Shown: positions 9,886 to 19,855 of the stretch, piece by piece | Layout: each line of letters begins with the position of its first letter | Position numbering within the stretch: position 1 is the stretch's first letter | NCBI GenBank assembly: GCA_963695345.1 | Contig: OY968769.1 | Coordinates: 1,056,001 to 1,120,000, forward strand | Length of the DNA stretch: 64,000 nucleotides | Origin: an uncultured Methanomassiliicoccales archaeon | Lineage (GTDB): Archaea; Thermoplasmatota; Thermoplasmata; Methanomassiliicoccales; UBA472 | Direction: 5' to 3' | Notes under the pieces: model-generated | Database searches by the model: none | The model's input: the letters and a program-made list of their open reading frames with translations, nothing else | What the model was told of the DNA's origin: nothing | Program-made: the position numbers and the translations under genes

Positions 9886-10386
9886 ATGACCGATAGACAC
9901 ATCTATGTCGATCCAACCGCAGTTGTTCTGGGAAATGTCACGTTGGCCGATGGAGTCAGCATCTGGCCCAACGCTGTTCTAAGGGGAGATGCCAACCTTA
10001 TCGAGATTGGAAGAAACAGCAATGTGCAGGACAATGCTGTGATCCATTGCTCCGAGGGGTATCCCACCATAATCGGGAATGACTGCACCATCGGACATTG
10101 CGCGGTGATCAACGGGGCGACCATCGGCGATCTGTGCATCATCGGCATGAACAGCACCATCCTGGACGGAGCGGTGATAGGCGAGGAGTGCATCATCGGC
10201 GCTGGAGCGGTGATCACTGGCAGGACGCTCATCCCGCCGAGATCGGTGGTCATGGGAATCCCGGGCAAGGTCCTCAGGCACAACGACATGACGCTGAGGG
10301 AGAAGGCGCAGAAAAGTTCCGAGAATTACCAGAGACTGAGGGACGAGCACATCACAGGACGCTATAAACGGCACACTTCTTGGTGA
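9886..10386 (+). CDS. Gamma carbonic anhydrase family (hexapeptide-repeat) protein
   Basis: AVLRGD, NVQDNAVIH and TIGH motifs within a left-handed beta-helix. Confidence 0.88.
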   Translation: MTDRHIYVDPTAVVLGNVTLADGVSIWPNAVLRGDANLIEIGRNSNVQDNAVIHCSEGYPTIIGNDCTIGHCAVINGATIGDLCIIGMNSTILDGAVIGEECIIGAGAVITGRTLIPPRSVVMGIPGKVLRHNDMTLREKAQKSSENYQRLRDEHITGRYKRHTSW

Positions 10387-10933
10387 CCTTTTCCGATATC
10401 TTTGCTTCCGACAGCATGATGTCTATGTCCTCTCCGCACAGAAGAGACAGCTCCTCATGCATGGCCTTCATCCGCAGCGCGGTGGCCAAATAGCCTTTGG
10501 AGTTCAGGTCGTCCAGCGCCTCCTGCAGTGTGGTCACCTTGTCATTGCTGACCAGGTTATCCGAATGACACACGATCTTCTCCTCGATCGTCTCAGGCAT
10601 GTATTCTCCGTCCGGCAGCCCGGCGGCGATCGCCTCATCCTTCGTGAAACCCGCCGCGATATGCCTGGAAATGATACGGACCAGCGGATCCGGGAGATCC
10701 CGCGATCGGGCTATCGCCACTCCCTCGGACACGTGCCTTACCCCGTGGGTACGCGACCGGCCCACGTCGTGAAGGAGCGACCCGGCGTTGACCAGTTCCT
10801 TGTCCGCCCTTGTCCTCGAGACGATGATCATGGCGACGGCATTGACCGTGCACACATGACGAATGACCTTTGGTGAGCAGCCTTCTTCCTTCAGGATCTC
10901 GAAGCACTGGCGCTCACTCGGCAGGGTTGACAA
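10352..10933 (-). CDS. HD-domain protein, probably the C-terminal part of a Trm56-HD fusion
   Basis: [14 protein letters not shown] and EEKIVCHSD motifs; overlaps trm56 by 20 nt. Confidence 0.8.
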   Translation of the reverse strand: MSTLPSERQCFEILKEEGCSPKVIRHVCTVNAVAMIIVSRTRADKELVNAGSLLHDVGRSRTHGVRHVSEGVAIARSRDLPDPLVRIISRHIAAGFTKDEAIAAGLPDGEYMPETIEEKIVCHSDNLVSNDKVTTLQEALDDLNSKGYLATALRMKAMHEELSLLCGEDIDIMLSEAKISEKVTKKCAVYSVL

Positions 10934-11444
10934 CCCGCTTCCCCCTCTCGCAGGGCAGAACCTTGATCTTGCCCCCCTCGAACTCCTTAGAGAACTCCTT
11001 CCCCAGTGCCAAGCGATCCAGCAATATGGCCAGCGCGGCTACCTCCGAATGGGGCTGGTTCCCGACCGATATGTTGAAATCGGCGGCCTGGTAGACCTCG
11101 GGGGGCACCTTTTCCGCGCCCACCACGATCAGCAGATCATAGTCCAAGGGCAGCATCCTGGGGACCACCTCGTCCACCTGGAGGCCGTACATTGTCAGAT
11201 GGGCGATCTTGCCCCTTGATTTGAACGATGACAGGAACTTGCGCCAGTTGACACCGCTCTCGATGGAGAAATCGCCACCGAAGCGCTTGACAACGTCGTT
11301 CACGCTTTCCTCGAGGGATGCGTCCTTGGTGCCTACCTTGATCCCCTGGGCCCCGAAAGCCCGTGCCGTCAACGCTACGTGGGTGGTGATGCGCTTATCC
11401 CGCTCCGGACGGTGGCCCAGACGGAGGACCCATATCTCTCCCAT
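10914..11444 (-). CDS. trm56: tRNA (cytidine(56)-2'-O)-methyltransferase aTrm56
   Basis: [39 protein letters not shown] and [11 protein letters not shown] motifs. Confidence 0.93.
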   Translation of the reverse strand: MGEIWVLRLGHRPERDKRITTHVALTARAFGAQGIKVGTKDASLEESVNDVVKRFGGDFSIESGVNWRKFLSSFKSRGKIAHLTMYGLQVDEVVPRMLPLDYDLLIVVGAEKVPPEVYQAADFNISVGNQPHSEVAALAILLDRLALGKEFSKEFEGGKIKVLPCERGKRVVNPAE

Positions 11445-11454
11445 GAGATCCAGC

Positions 11455-11955
11455 TCACGCGTCCTTGACGAGTTCCAACCGGTGACCGCGATAGTCAAGG
11501 CGGACCGATCTCTTCACCAGGCTCTTCAGCATGGTGGAAGTGATGCCCAGTGCCTCTGCGACATCCCCAGCGAACTTGCCTTCCTTCCCTACCTGGCCCA
11601 ATATCTTGGTCTCTATGGTCTCGAACTCCTCCTCAGGCATCATGGCCACGGAAAGAACGTCCGATATCTCATAGACCGGCCAGGAAGCGTTGATGTGGAA
11701 CTGATTATAGTATGTGTGATAGGCCTTTTCCGGACGGTTCCCGCCCGAAGGCTGCCAACGCGTTTCCACGAGTTTCATCTTTTCGAAAAACTTCAGCGCC
11801 TCTTTGCCATCGGCGCCATACTTGTCCTCTATTTCCTTGGCGGTCCGCCATTCCATGGTGACCTCCTTGAGGACCTCCCTTTTTATTGGGGTATCAACAG
11901 CCCTCAACATCGGAACCAGTTCCGAGGGCTCATTGATGACCTTAATCTTATTCAT
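11455..11955 (-). CDS. Conserved archaeal ArsR-like DNA-binding protein (COG4860-like)
   Basis: [18 protein letters not shown] and KAYHTYY motifs. Confidence 0.75.
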   Translation of the reverse strand: MNKIKVINEPSELVPMLRAVDTPIKREVLKEVTMEWRTAKEIEDKYGADGKEALKFFEKMKLVETRWQPSGGNRPEKAYHTYYNQFHINASWPVYEISDVLSVAMMPEEEFETIETKILGQVGKEGKFAGDVAEALGITSTMLKSLVKRSVRLDYRGHRLELVKDA

Positions 11956-12133
11956 AATCTCCCTTAATTGTCAAACGCACATATATAAACTCGGTAAGAA
12001 CGCTTTTCGTCGGTCAAATACTGGACAGTACAGTTGGAATCAGTCGATGATTTCTAGACATGCATTTATCAAATATTCTAGCAGTATGCGAACGTCAGGC
12101 GATAAGAACGCTTAATGGCTGACTGTGAATAGT

Positions 12134-12167
12134 AAAAAAATGGATGGGTGAGGGGGATCTCCCCCTC
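12134..12167 (-). terminator. Hairpin plus U-tract terminator of the surface protein gene
   Basis: GAGGGGGA/TCCCCCTC inverted repeat (12150-12167) followed on the minus strand by T7 (12134-12140). Confidence 0.6.
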
Positions 12168-12177
12168 GTTTTAGGGT

Positions 12178-15063
12178 TTACCTCAGCTTGTTGCCGCAGT
12201 TCGGGCAGACCGCGAAGTCCGATCCAACCGGGGTACCGCACTTGGGACACATGCCGGCAACAGCTGCGGGCTGTTGCTGGTATTGTTGCTGGACTGGCTG
12301 CTGGTACTGGGCCATCCCTGCTGGCGGCATTGCCGGCGTGGCCTTCTTCTTCCTCATGAACAGGAAGAGGACGAGCACGACGATCACGATCACCACTACT
12401 ACGACGATGATGATCGGGAGCAACGAGCTTCCGCTCTTGGCCGCTGGGACCACCGACTGGGACGCTGCTGCGTTCGAGGCACCGATGCTGTTCGATGTCA
12501 CGACCCAGTAGTAGTACGTCTTGCCGTTGACCGCCGTCGTATCCTGGAAGTTCAGTGCGCTGCCGGTCAGGTTGGCGATGAGGACCGCCTGCGAGGGGTC
12601 GTTGGTCTCCGCCCGGTAGACATAGTAATGCGTTATCGCAGAACTTCCCTGGTCCGGTGCGGTCCAGCTGACATCGACGCTGTTGTCGTTCGCGCTGACG
12701 GACACATCGCTGATCGTCGCCGGTGCGCCCGTTGGCGGTGTGGCCGAGGTCGATGCGTGCGCTGAAGCGGATTGTGCGCTGTCGCCGACGGAGTTCACTG
12801 CCACTACCGTGTAGTAGTAGGTCATACCGTTCATCAGGCCTGCGTCAGTGTATGTCAGGGCGGCAGAACCTGTGTTGGTCCAGTAGGCCAGTGCGGTAGA
12901 CGAGTCGCCACGATAGATCTTGTAGGCGGTTATCGGCTGTGTTCCGGTGCTCGACGGGAGGTTCCAGGTCAGAACGATCTGGCCGCTACCACCGGTCGCA
13001 ACCAGGTTGCTTGGGGCCCCGGGGGCTTGTGGTGCTGCGGACGGGGTCGCATTCGCGAACGCCTTCAGTCCCTCTCCCTTTGCGTTGACTCCCGCAACGG
13101 CGAAGTAGTATGCCTGGCCGTTGGTGAGTCCAGTCTTGGTGTACGTCATGGTCGTCCCAGAGACATTGGATAGCAATGTCAGTGACGGATACGTTCCCGA
13201 GTACACAGTGTAGTTCGATACGGCCGCTCCGCCAACGTCGGCAGGTGCAGTCCATGACAGAACTACCTGTCCGTTGCCAGCTGTCGCGGTCAGGGTCGGG
13301 ACCGAGGGCACCCAGAAGGGCGTTATGTTTACCTCGGTGGAGTTCGGGCTCCATCCATGCGAGTTAACCGCGCTCACGGTGTAGAAGTACTTCTGGCCGT
13401 TCACGAGGTTCGTGTCGTCATAGGATGATGCTGTACCGATCGCTGTGTGGCCGATATACGCCTCAGTTCCAGACACATTGGACCTGAAGACGTAGTAGTC
13501 AGTTATGTCAGGCCCTCCGTTTGTGCTGGCTGCGACCCACGATAGGTGGATCAGATGATTGGACGGGTTGGTTACCGTCAGGCCGGTCGGGGCGGATGGC
13601 ATCGACTGTGGAGTGGCGAAGAACTCGTCGGTCCTCGGCCCTTCTCCTCCATTTGTGTTTACGGCGGAGAGCTTGTAGTAATACTTGATATCATTCGATA
13701 CACCGGTGTCCAGATAATATAGGACTGGGCCAGTGGAATGACCGACATATATCTCCGCACCGGCAGTTGTGGCACGGTATATGTTGTAATAGGCTATGTC
13801 CGTTCCACCGTTGGTCGATGCGGCTCCCCATGTAACATTGACCTGGTTGTTGCCCGGAAGACCACTTGGTGTCAACGGGACTCCTGGCAGGACGATGTCC
13901 GCGACCAGTCTGATCGCGTCCCTCTCGGCTATGTCATCGTAACCCGTGGTCACGAGGAAGACATGGCCGCCGAACATGGTAACCGATGGCGACTCACCAT
14001 AGTACTTGTAGCCTATGGATGTCTCGATGGGGGAGGTTGTCGTGAACACTCCTCCGGAGAGAGAGTCGAAATGCAACGATGAGTCCTTTTGATATGCCAC
14101 ATAAGGCACGTTTGATTTCAGGACTATTGCAGTGTCGTAGAAGTAATGAGTACCGACAACCGCTGCGACAGTTGCCATATTCGATGTTGGCCAAAGACCG
14201 CCCGATGTTGCCCCAATGCTGTTGGTGTAACGGTATTCGTTCGCCCCACCATCGGCATAGGATATGTGGATGTTGTTGCTGGTATCAAGAGCCATTGCCA
14301 TGGCGGACGCACTGTCCATCCCGCTAGCAAGGTTGACCGCCATGCCGAACACGAAAGACCCGGCAGCCGGCCTTATTCCATACCAGATGTCATTTGTGTG
14401 CTCATAGACCATGTAAACTGATCCGTCAGCCTTGACGACTACATTTGGCTGAGTCACTGTGTAAGCAGCTAGGGTCGTTTTTGCACTGTACGAGTTCGCC
14501 GAGTTACGAACAACCTCGACCAACTGGTCCGAAGAACTGTCAGTGAAGGAGTAGATAACATGCACCAGATTGGTGATCGGATCCACATAGATTGCTGTGT
14601 CTGCGTAGGATCCGGCCCAGTCACTGCTTGTCGCGTCAACGGTCTCGATGGTCGCGGTCGCCGATGCGGCATCGATCACTGCCATCTTAATCGTGTAATG
14701 GTATGGCGTAACCAGGAACACGCCGTACGAGATGAACACGGTGTTCGTGTTGTTGATCGCCATTGCTGGGAAATATTTCGAATCGGTCGTGAATTTGTCG
14801 AGCTCCATGGTGACCCATGCACCGGTCTTGTTCGTGGCATAGTACATCTTGTTACCGGCTTCCCAAGCGATATGCAGGTGACCGGCATAATCAGCCTTGA
14901 TTACCTTGGTATCCGGGTTCCAGCTCTGGGAATTGTCTACCACTATAGCGCTCCAACCCGAGGCTGGGGCGGCGTTCGCATTTCCTGAAGCAAGCAATGC
15001 TGCAGCAGGCATTATCATCGCAAATGCCAGCATAAGCACGATCATCGTTTTTCGGCTACCCAT
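12178..15063 (-). CDS. Large cell-surface protein: signal peptide, repeat-rich N-terminal region, about 5 fibronectin type III domains, C-terminal TM, Q/P-rich linker and zinc ribbon
   Basis: Repeated P.AP..L...V.L.W..P...GG..I..Y.IYR...Y.D..L.NG..YYY.V.AVN motif; TM IIIVVVVVIVIVVLVLFLF; tail CPKC-x10-CPNC; GGAGG ribosome-binding site before ATG 15063. Confidence 0.88.
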   Translation of the reverse strand: MGSRKTMIVLMLAFAMIMPAAALLASGNANAAPASGWSAIVVDNSQSWNPDTKVIKADYAGHLHIAWEAGNKMYYATNKTGAWVTMELDKFTTDSKYFPAMAINNTNTVFISYGVFLVTPYHYTIKMAVIDAASATATIETVDATSSDWAGSYADTAIYVDPITNLVHVIYSFTDSSSDQLVEVVRNSANSYSAKTTLAAYTVTQPNVVVKADGSVYMVYEHTNDIWYGIRPAAGSFVFGMAVNLASGMDSASAMAMALDTSNNIHISYADGGANEYRYTNSIGATSGGLWPTSNMATVAAVVGTHYFYDTAIVLKSNVPYVAYQKDSSLHFDSLSGGVFTTTSPIETSIGYKYYGESPSVTMFGGHVFLVTTGYDDIAERDAIRLVADIVLPGVPLTPSGLPGNNQVNVTWGAASTNGGTDIAYYNIYRATTAGAEIYVGHSTGPVLYYLDTGVSNDIKYYYKLSAVNTNGGEGPRTDEFFATPQSMPSAPTGLTVTNPSNHLIHLSWVAASTNGGPDITDYYVFRSNVSGTEAYIGHTAIGTASSYDDTNLVNGQKYFYTVSAVNSHGWSPNSTEVNITPFWVPSVPTLTATAGNGQVVLSWTAPADVGGAAVSNYTVYSGTYPSLTLLSNVSGTTMTYTKTGLTNGQAYYFAVAGVNAKGEGLKAFANATPSAAPQAPGAPSNLVATGGSGQIVLTWNLPSSTGTQPITAYKIYRGDSSTALAYWTNTGSAALTYTDAGLMNGMTYYYTVVAVNSVGDSAQSASAHASTSATPPTGAPATISDVSVSANDNSVDVSWTAPDQGSSAITHYYVYRAETNDPSQAVLIANLTGSALNFQDTTAVNGKTYYYWVVTSNSIGASNAAASQSVVPAAKSGSSLLPIIIVVVVVIVIVVLVLFLFMRKKKATPAMPPAGMAQYQQPVQQQYQQQPAAVAGMCPKCGTPVGSDFAVCPNCGNKLR

Positions 15064-15420
15064 TCTCTCCCTCCAATTTCGCCCTAAGAATGCGCAATAG
15101 ATCGCATTCCACATATTGAACTGGCTGGAAAATCGGCATTAAGGGCGCCGCCTATTGGCTTCAACCCGTATTCATCCTTAGGAACCCTTAACCGTTGGTG
15201 TGGTTCCTTGTCCCCCCGACAAGAACGAATCCCGAAAGTCCCCCCAGGTCTTGACAGGGATTACCCGTTGTTTTTTATTAATACTTTGCTAACTTGAATA
15301 ATGGACCAGCAATATTCATCAGTGGACAAAGAATGGTGATTCGCTATGTACACGTTCGGTTCCGCTCAGCCTTTGAATGCTCATTAGTATTATATTCCGG
15401 TTCCTTATTTCGATGCTACA

Positions 15421-15567
15421 ATGAACAAGATCATCTATCAATGCCTCGACTGTGGCAAGAAACACAAGACCGAGGAGGCAGCCATGAAGTGCCATGATGC
15501 CCCGATACAGGCATTCGAGACCGGAATCACCCGGTTCAGCAAGAGAAGGGGTCTAATCGGTAACTGA
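15421..15567 (+). CDS. 48-aa zinc-finger-like microprotein
   Basis: Below ORF-track cutoff: MNKIIYQCLDCGKKHKTEEAAMKCHDAPIQAFETGITRFSKRRGLIGN; TATA-like tattatat about 30 nt upstream and T-rich tract downstream. Confidence 0.65.
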   Translation: MNKIIYQCLDCGKKHKTEEAAMKCHDAPIQAFETGITRFSKRRGLIGN

Positions 15568-15617
15568 TCGGGCCATCGTTCTTTTTCATTCCAATTTCTT
15601 GTTCGACTGCCATTATT

Positions 15618-16190
15618 TCATATTAGTCCAGCGACCTTGAAGATCGCGAACAGGCTCAGAAGCGGGACGACTATCATCAGGAAGTCGTCGTCTATGTACC
15701 AGTTCTTCTTCAACTCCGACTCAATGCCCAAGAACGTGGCCACGATCGATGCGATCATCACAACCGGGGTCAATCCGAAAAAGTAGGTCAACGGCACTAT
15801 CATCAATGTGAAGTACAGGACGACCGGGACCAAGGGATAGTACTTGCTCTTTCTGGCCCTCATTATCCCCATGAGCGGGTCGATCCACCCCATGCCCAAA
15901 ACCACCGGCAACGCTATCTCGATGGGGAAGAAGGCTAGAGCGAAGGTCAACGCCAGGGCGGTCCAGGCGGCTGCCGAGATGCGGTGGTTCTCATAGTCCC
16001 GCATACCGATGATATTGGGCGAGAAATATAGCCGCAGAGCCTCGATGACCAATATCAGGGCCAGGAAAAGGAATAGCCCAGGCTGTTTGCCGAACAACCC
16101 GGGGAAGACCGGGTCGGGCAGATAATAATAAACCAAGAACACCGGAGCGCTGACATGCACTAGGCGCCTCAGGACCTGTCCCATGTCCAT
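15618..16190 (-). CDS. Dolichol/phytol kinase-like (cytidylyltransferase family) membrane protein
   Basis: RRLVH, EALRL, MRDYE and IDDDF motifs; multiple TM segments. Confidence 0.65.
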   Translation of the reverse strand: MDMGQVLRRLVHVSAPVFLVYYYLPDPVFPGLFGKQPGLFLFLALILVIEALRLYFSPNIIGMRDYENHRISAAAWTALALTFALAFFPIEIALPVVLGMGWIDPLMGIMRARKSKYYPLVPVVLYFTLMIVPLTYFFGLTPVVMIASIVATFLGIESELKKNWYIDDDFLMIVVPLLSLFAIFKVAGLI

Positions 16191-16285
16191 TGGCCACACC
16201 TAAGATGACCTGACTAGAAATGCTTTCGCAATCTTCGGACCTTCGATCGATGGGCGAAAGGGAAGGGAACGACCGGCTTTGAACC

Positions 16286-17746
16286 CTAGGTGAAAGCCTG
16301 TCTGGCCCATTTTCTCTCGAGACCTCTATAGAAGTACCAGGCGAAGACCGCGACGAAGACCAATACGATCCCGATCCCGCCCGCGGAGATGAGCGGGGAA
16401 GAGTCGATCGAGAGCGAAAGTATCGTTATGCCGAAGTCCGGGATCAGTGCCAAGGCGGTGAACTTCATCATGATGTTAGGGTCGAACAGGAAAGAATTGG
16501 TGTTGAGACCGGTGAGGAATGCCGTGGCAAGCACCATGTAGGCCCCGGTTATGTACATCACCGGCAACGCCAGCCATAGCAGTCTCGTCTCGTTGTTCAG
16601 GATGGATATCCCGACCACGAAGATGGTGGAAATGACACTGGTCAGGATGAAAAAGGCGATTAGCTTTCCCTTGATGACACTGGGTACGCCCACCGGAAGG
16701 GTCTCGAAGTAGTCGACCAGGTCGATGTTGGTCAGCCAGTTATAGAGCATGACCCCGAAGAACCCGACCATCCCGGCATAGAATACGCTGTTGAACCCGA
16801 CCGGGATCTTGAGGCCGTTGTTCACGTACCACGTGGTGAAGGACAGGAACAGCAACGGCGCTACATAGGCAAACCCGATCTTCTTGAGCAGACCGCTGCG
16901 GACGATGTCGACGAACTCCTTCGCCAGGAGGGTTCCGGACCGGCCGGCGAACTTTGTAAGTACCTGGTATCTGGAGAACACCTCCACGAACTGGGATTTT
17001 GTGCTTTCATATTCGTGCTTGACCAGCAGTATGGCGAAGACCGTGAAGAAAACGATCGCGATCAGGCTCACCGCGAAATAGAGAAGAACCGCCCCGGGGT
17101 CATGGGCGAACGGTGTCGACGATAGCTCCAACCCGATAGGCGGCAGCACATACCCCAGCGGATAGGCGTGGAAGATGCCGAACCCGGCCATTAGGACGCC
17201 CAGGGCGGTAACGGCAGCACCGAAGGCCAGGGTGCTCCGCGTGTAAAGCACCGAGATAGCGAATGAAAGGGAAATACCGAAAAGGAACGACAGGAACATC
17301 GCGGCGAACAGCATCAGGCATGAGATCAGCGCATAGTGGGCGAAGACCGATGCCAGCAGCACTCCGGAGAAGGCCGGACCCAGTATCAGGAAGGTGTAGA
17401 AGATGATGTCCCTCACGTACATGCCGAAAAAAGTGGCCCGGAAGGACAGGGGTAACAGGAAAGGCATGGCTATGATGAAATTGACCTTGCCGTAGCGCCT
17501 CTCGATGTAGGTGTGCCCCAGGAACCCGAAGGCCCCGACGCTGACTCCGTAGATGAAGACGCCTCCGAGCGCCAATGTCAGCATGTCGCCCAGCGGAAGG
17601 CCGGTCTGTAAGTTCGGGAAGCTGCCGGCGAAGAAGAAGGAGAGGACGAACACGTAGATGGGCATGGCCATGAACATGCGTCTTGATGAATGTGAGACGT
17701 GGAGGCGGTATTCCTCGAGCAGCATCAGCTTAAGCAGGCTTGGCAT
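16286..17746 (-). CDS. Multi-TM ABC exporter permease-like protein
   Basis: About 12 hydrophobic segments with internal duplication (EEYRL vs KEFVD); overlaps the ABC ATPase end. Confidence 0.75.
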   Translation of the reverse strand: MPSLLKLMLLEEYRLHVSHSSRRMFMAMPIYVFVLSFFFAGSFPNLQTGLPLGDMLTLALGGVFIYGVSVGAFGFLGHTYIERRYGKVNFIIAMPFLLPLSFRATFFGMYVRDIIFYTFLILGPAFSGVLLASVFAHYALISCLMLFAAMFLSFLFGISLSFAISVLYTRSTLAFGAAVTALGVLMAGFGIFHAYPLGYVLPPIGLELSSTPFAHDPGAVLLYFAVSLIAIVFFTVFAILLVKHEYESTKSQFVEVFSRYQVLTKFAGRSGTLLAKEFVDIVRSGLLKKIGFAYVAPLLFLSFTTWYVNNGLKIPVGFNSVFYAGMVGFFGVMLYNWLTNIDLVDYFETLPVGVPSVIKGKLIAFFILTSVISTIFVVGISILNNETRLLWLALPVMYITGAYMVLATAFLTGLNTNSFLFDPNIMMKFTALALIPDFGITILSLSIDSSPLISAGGIGIVLVFVAVFAWYFYRGLERKWARQAFT

Positions 17747-18459
17747 AGTGGCTCCCAACCAACCTCAGGAATGCCGTTTCCAGGTCCTCGCCGTTCGATG
17801 TTATGGCCTCGATCGAGGAGTTCAGTGCCATGCGCCCATGGTCCAGAATGATGACATTGTGACAGAGCTTCTGGGCGGTTTCCAGGATGTGCGAGCAGAG
17901 GAAGACCGTCCGGCCTTCGTCCCGGAGCGCCAGCAGGTAGTCCTTCAGTCTGCGTTGGTAGATCGGGTCCAGGTTGATGAACGGTTCGTCCAGGAACAGG
18001 AGCTTGGGCTCATGGATGAATGCCGCCGACAGCATCACCTTCTGCCTCATGCCCTTGGACAGGTCACGGCACAGATGTGCCCTTGGCCTCTGAAAGGTCA
18101 AAGAACTCCATCCATCGGTCGATGCGCTTGCCCGCGTCCTCGACCTTTCTTATGCTGCAGACGAACTGGAGGAACTCGGCGGCGGTGAGATAGCTGGGCG
18201 GGGATTCCACCTCGGGCACGATCCCGATGGCCTTCTTGACCTCGATGGAACTGACCGAAGGGTCCAATCCCAGCACCGAACAGTGCCCGCCAGTGGCCTG
18301 TATCTGCCCGGTCATGATCTTGAGCAGCGTGGATTTTCCAGCGCCGTTGGGTCCGAAACAACCGAAGAAGTCCCCCTGCTCGACCTTGAAACTTATGTTG
18401 TCCAGGGCGGTGAAGTTCCCATACTTCTTGGTTATCAGATCCACCTGAACGGCGGGCAT
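17730..18459 (-). CDS. ABC-2 type ATP-binding protein, frameshifted near 18075
   Basis: GPNGAGKST in ORF 18064-18459; LSKGMRQK, LDEP and SH in ORF 17730-18101; one extra base in GGCACATCTGTGCCGT. Confidence 0.85.
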
Positions 18460-18723
18460 AGTGCTCGATTAAGCATGATGATATTTAACGACGAGGACAA
18501 GAATATCACTCCAAAATCTATTAGCTGGGCGATGTTCACGTATGATCTTTCTTTATCCGTTCGGCAAAGAGGGATCTCTTAAGAATGGTCGAACGTCATG
18601 CACGCAATGATTGTCTAGGAAAAAAATCCTTGGGATGATTCCAGAGAGTTTGATATATTACCAAATGATATCACCAGGCTAACTCAGTGATAGCATATAT
18701 CACGCCATTCTTGAGGTGGGCAA

Positions 18724-19065
18724 ATGAAGGGCAAGAGCATCCTTACGAACAAGATCGAGAGCGAGATAGAGCTCCTAGAGAGGCACGTCAAGATGCTGAA
18801 CGCGATCATGGCGCACGAGCCCATCGGGATCATACGCCTCTCCGAGCTGTTGGATATCCCGCAGCACAAGGTGAGGTACTCTCTCCGCATCTTGGAGCAG
18901 GAAGGTCTGATCAATCCCTCACCAGAGGGAGCTGTCACCACCGAGAAACTGCAAACGTTCTTCGCCGACCTGAAGGACATCCTGCAACACATGGATGAGA
19001 CCGTCAATGCGCTTCGGACCTCATTGGAGAACCAGGTACTTGAGGCAAAAAAGATTAATAAATGA
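18724..19065 (+). CDS. Conserved archaeal HTH transcriptional regulator (COG3388-like)
   Basis: LERH...EPIGIIRLSE...PQHKVRYSLRILEQEGLINPSPEGA. Confidence 0.8.
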   Translation: MKGKSILTNKIESEIELLERHVKMLNAIMAHEPIGIIRLSELLDIPQHKVRYSLRILEQEGLINPSPEGAVTTEKLQTFFADLKDILQHMDETVNALRTSLENQVLEAKKINK

Positions 19066-19090
19066 CCAGTTATGTCTCGCCAATTCATAG

Positions 19091-19166
19091 GCCGTCGTAG
19101 CTCAGTCGGTAGAGCGTGGGACTGTTAATCCCAAGGTCATCGGTTCGATCCCGATCGACGGCGCCA
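19091..19166 (+). tRNA. tRNA-Asn(GTT) with encoded CCA
   Basis: Acceptor GCCGTCG/CGACGGC; anticodon arm TGGGA-CTGTTAA-TCCCA; T-loop GTTCGATC. Confidence 0.95.
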
Positions 19167-19514
19167 ATGTCACACGTCTTTCTTCTGGATCCTTCGCTTA
19201 TCGTTCTCGATCATCCATCGGATCGAGTGAGACTGCTGTTCTCGGGCGAGCGTTCTGAAAAAATCGACTCATGCAGAATTTGGAATTATTTGGGACGAGA
19301 CCGGGGGGATGGTCCGTCCCATTTTGGGGGGTGTCACCGTCGCCACGAAAACCCAGGCCCATATCGAAGCCCTACACCGCGGCGTCCGGTCATATTCCTT
19401 AAGATCAAGACCGTAAAACTAAGCTTATAACCATATTCATCTGGAAATCATACCTGATTCCGAGCTTGACCGCTGGGTTTATCAAATTACGTTGCATGCC
19501 GACCTTCGATAGAC

Positions 19515-19799
19515 ATGCTTTCAAACATCCCGGTCATTCTTGAGAAGATCGATCCGAAATCATTGGACAAGGAGATCCTGCGGGCAGCGATCATTGGTGA
19601 GTTGGACGCCATCAACCTTTACGAACAGATGGCCAGCCTTACCCAGAACGAGGACCTGCGCAGGGTCCTGTTGGATGTTGCCAACGAGGAGAAGACCCAT
19701 ATCGGCGAGTTCCAGGCAATGCTTCTGCGCCTAGACCCTGAACAGGCCAGGGAGCTCGAGTCGGGGAAGAAGGAAGTGGATGAGATGATGGAGAAGTGA
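19515..19799 (+). CDS. Short ferritin-like/rubrerythrin-family protein (EncFtn/Flp-like)
   Basis: ELDAINLYEQ and EEKTHIGEF ferroxidase motifs. Confidence 0.85.
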   Translation: MLSNIPVILEKIDPKSLDKEILRAAIIGELDAINLYEQMASLTQNEDLRRVLLDVANEEKTHIGEFQAMLLRLDPEQARELESGKKEVDEMMEK

Positions 19800-19855
19800 C
19801 CCATCGGTCACATTCATTCGACCGGATGGCATCCGCCATCATTCTTTTTTTATTA

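Noticed and set aside
17730-18459. Programmed ribosomal frameshift in the ABC ATPase
   Set aside because: No slippery heptamer at the junction, and several similar indels elsewhere point to assembly error
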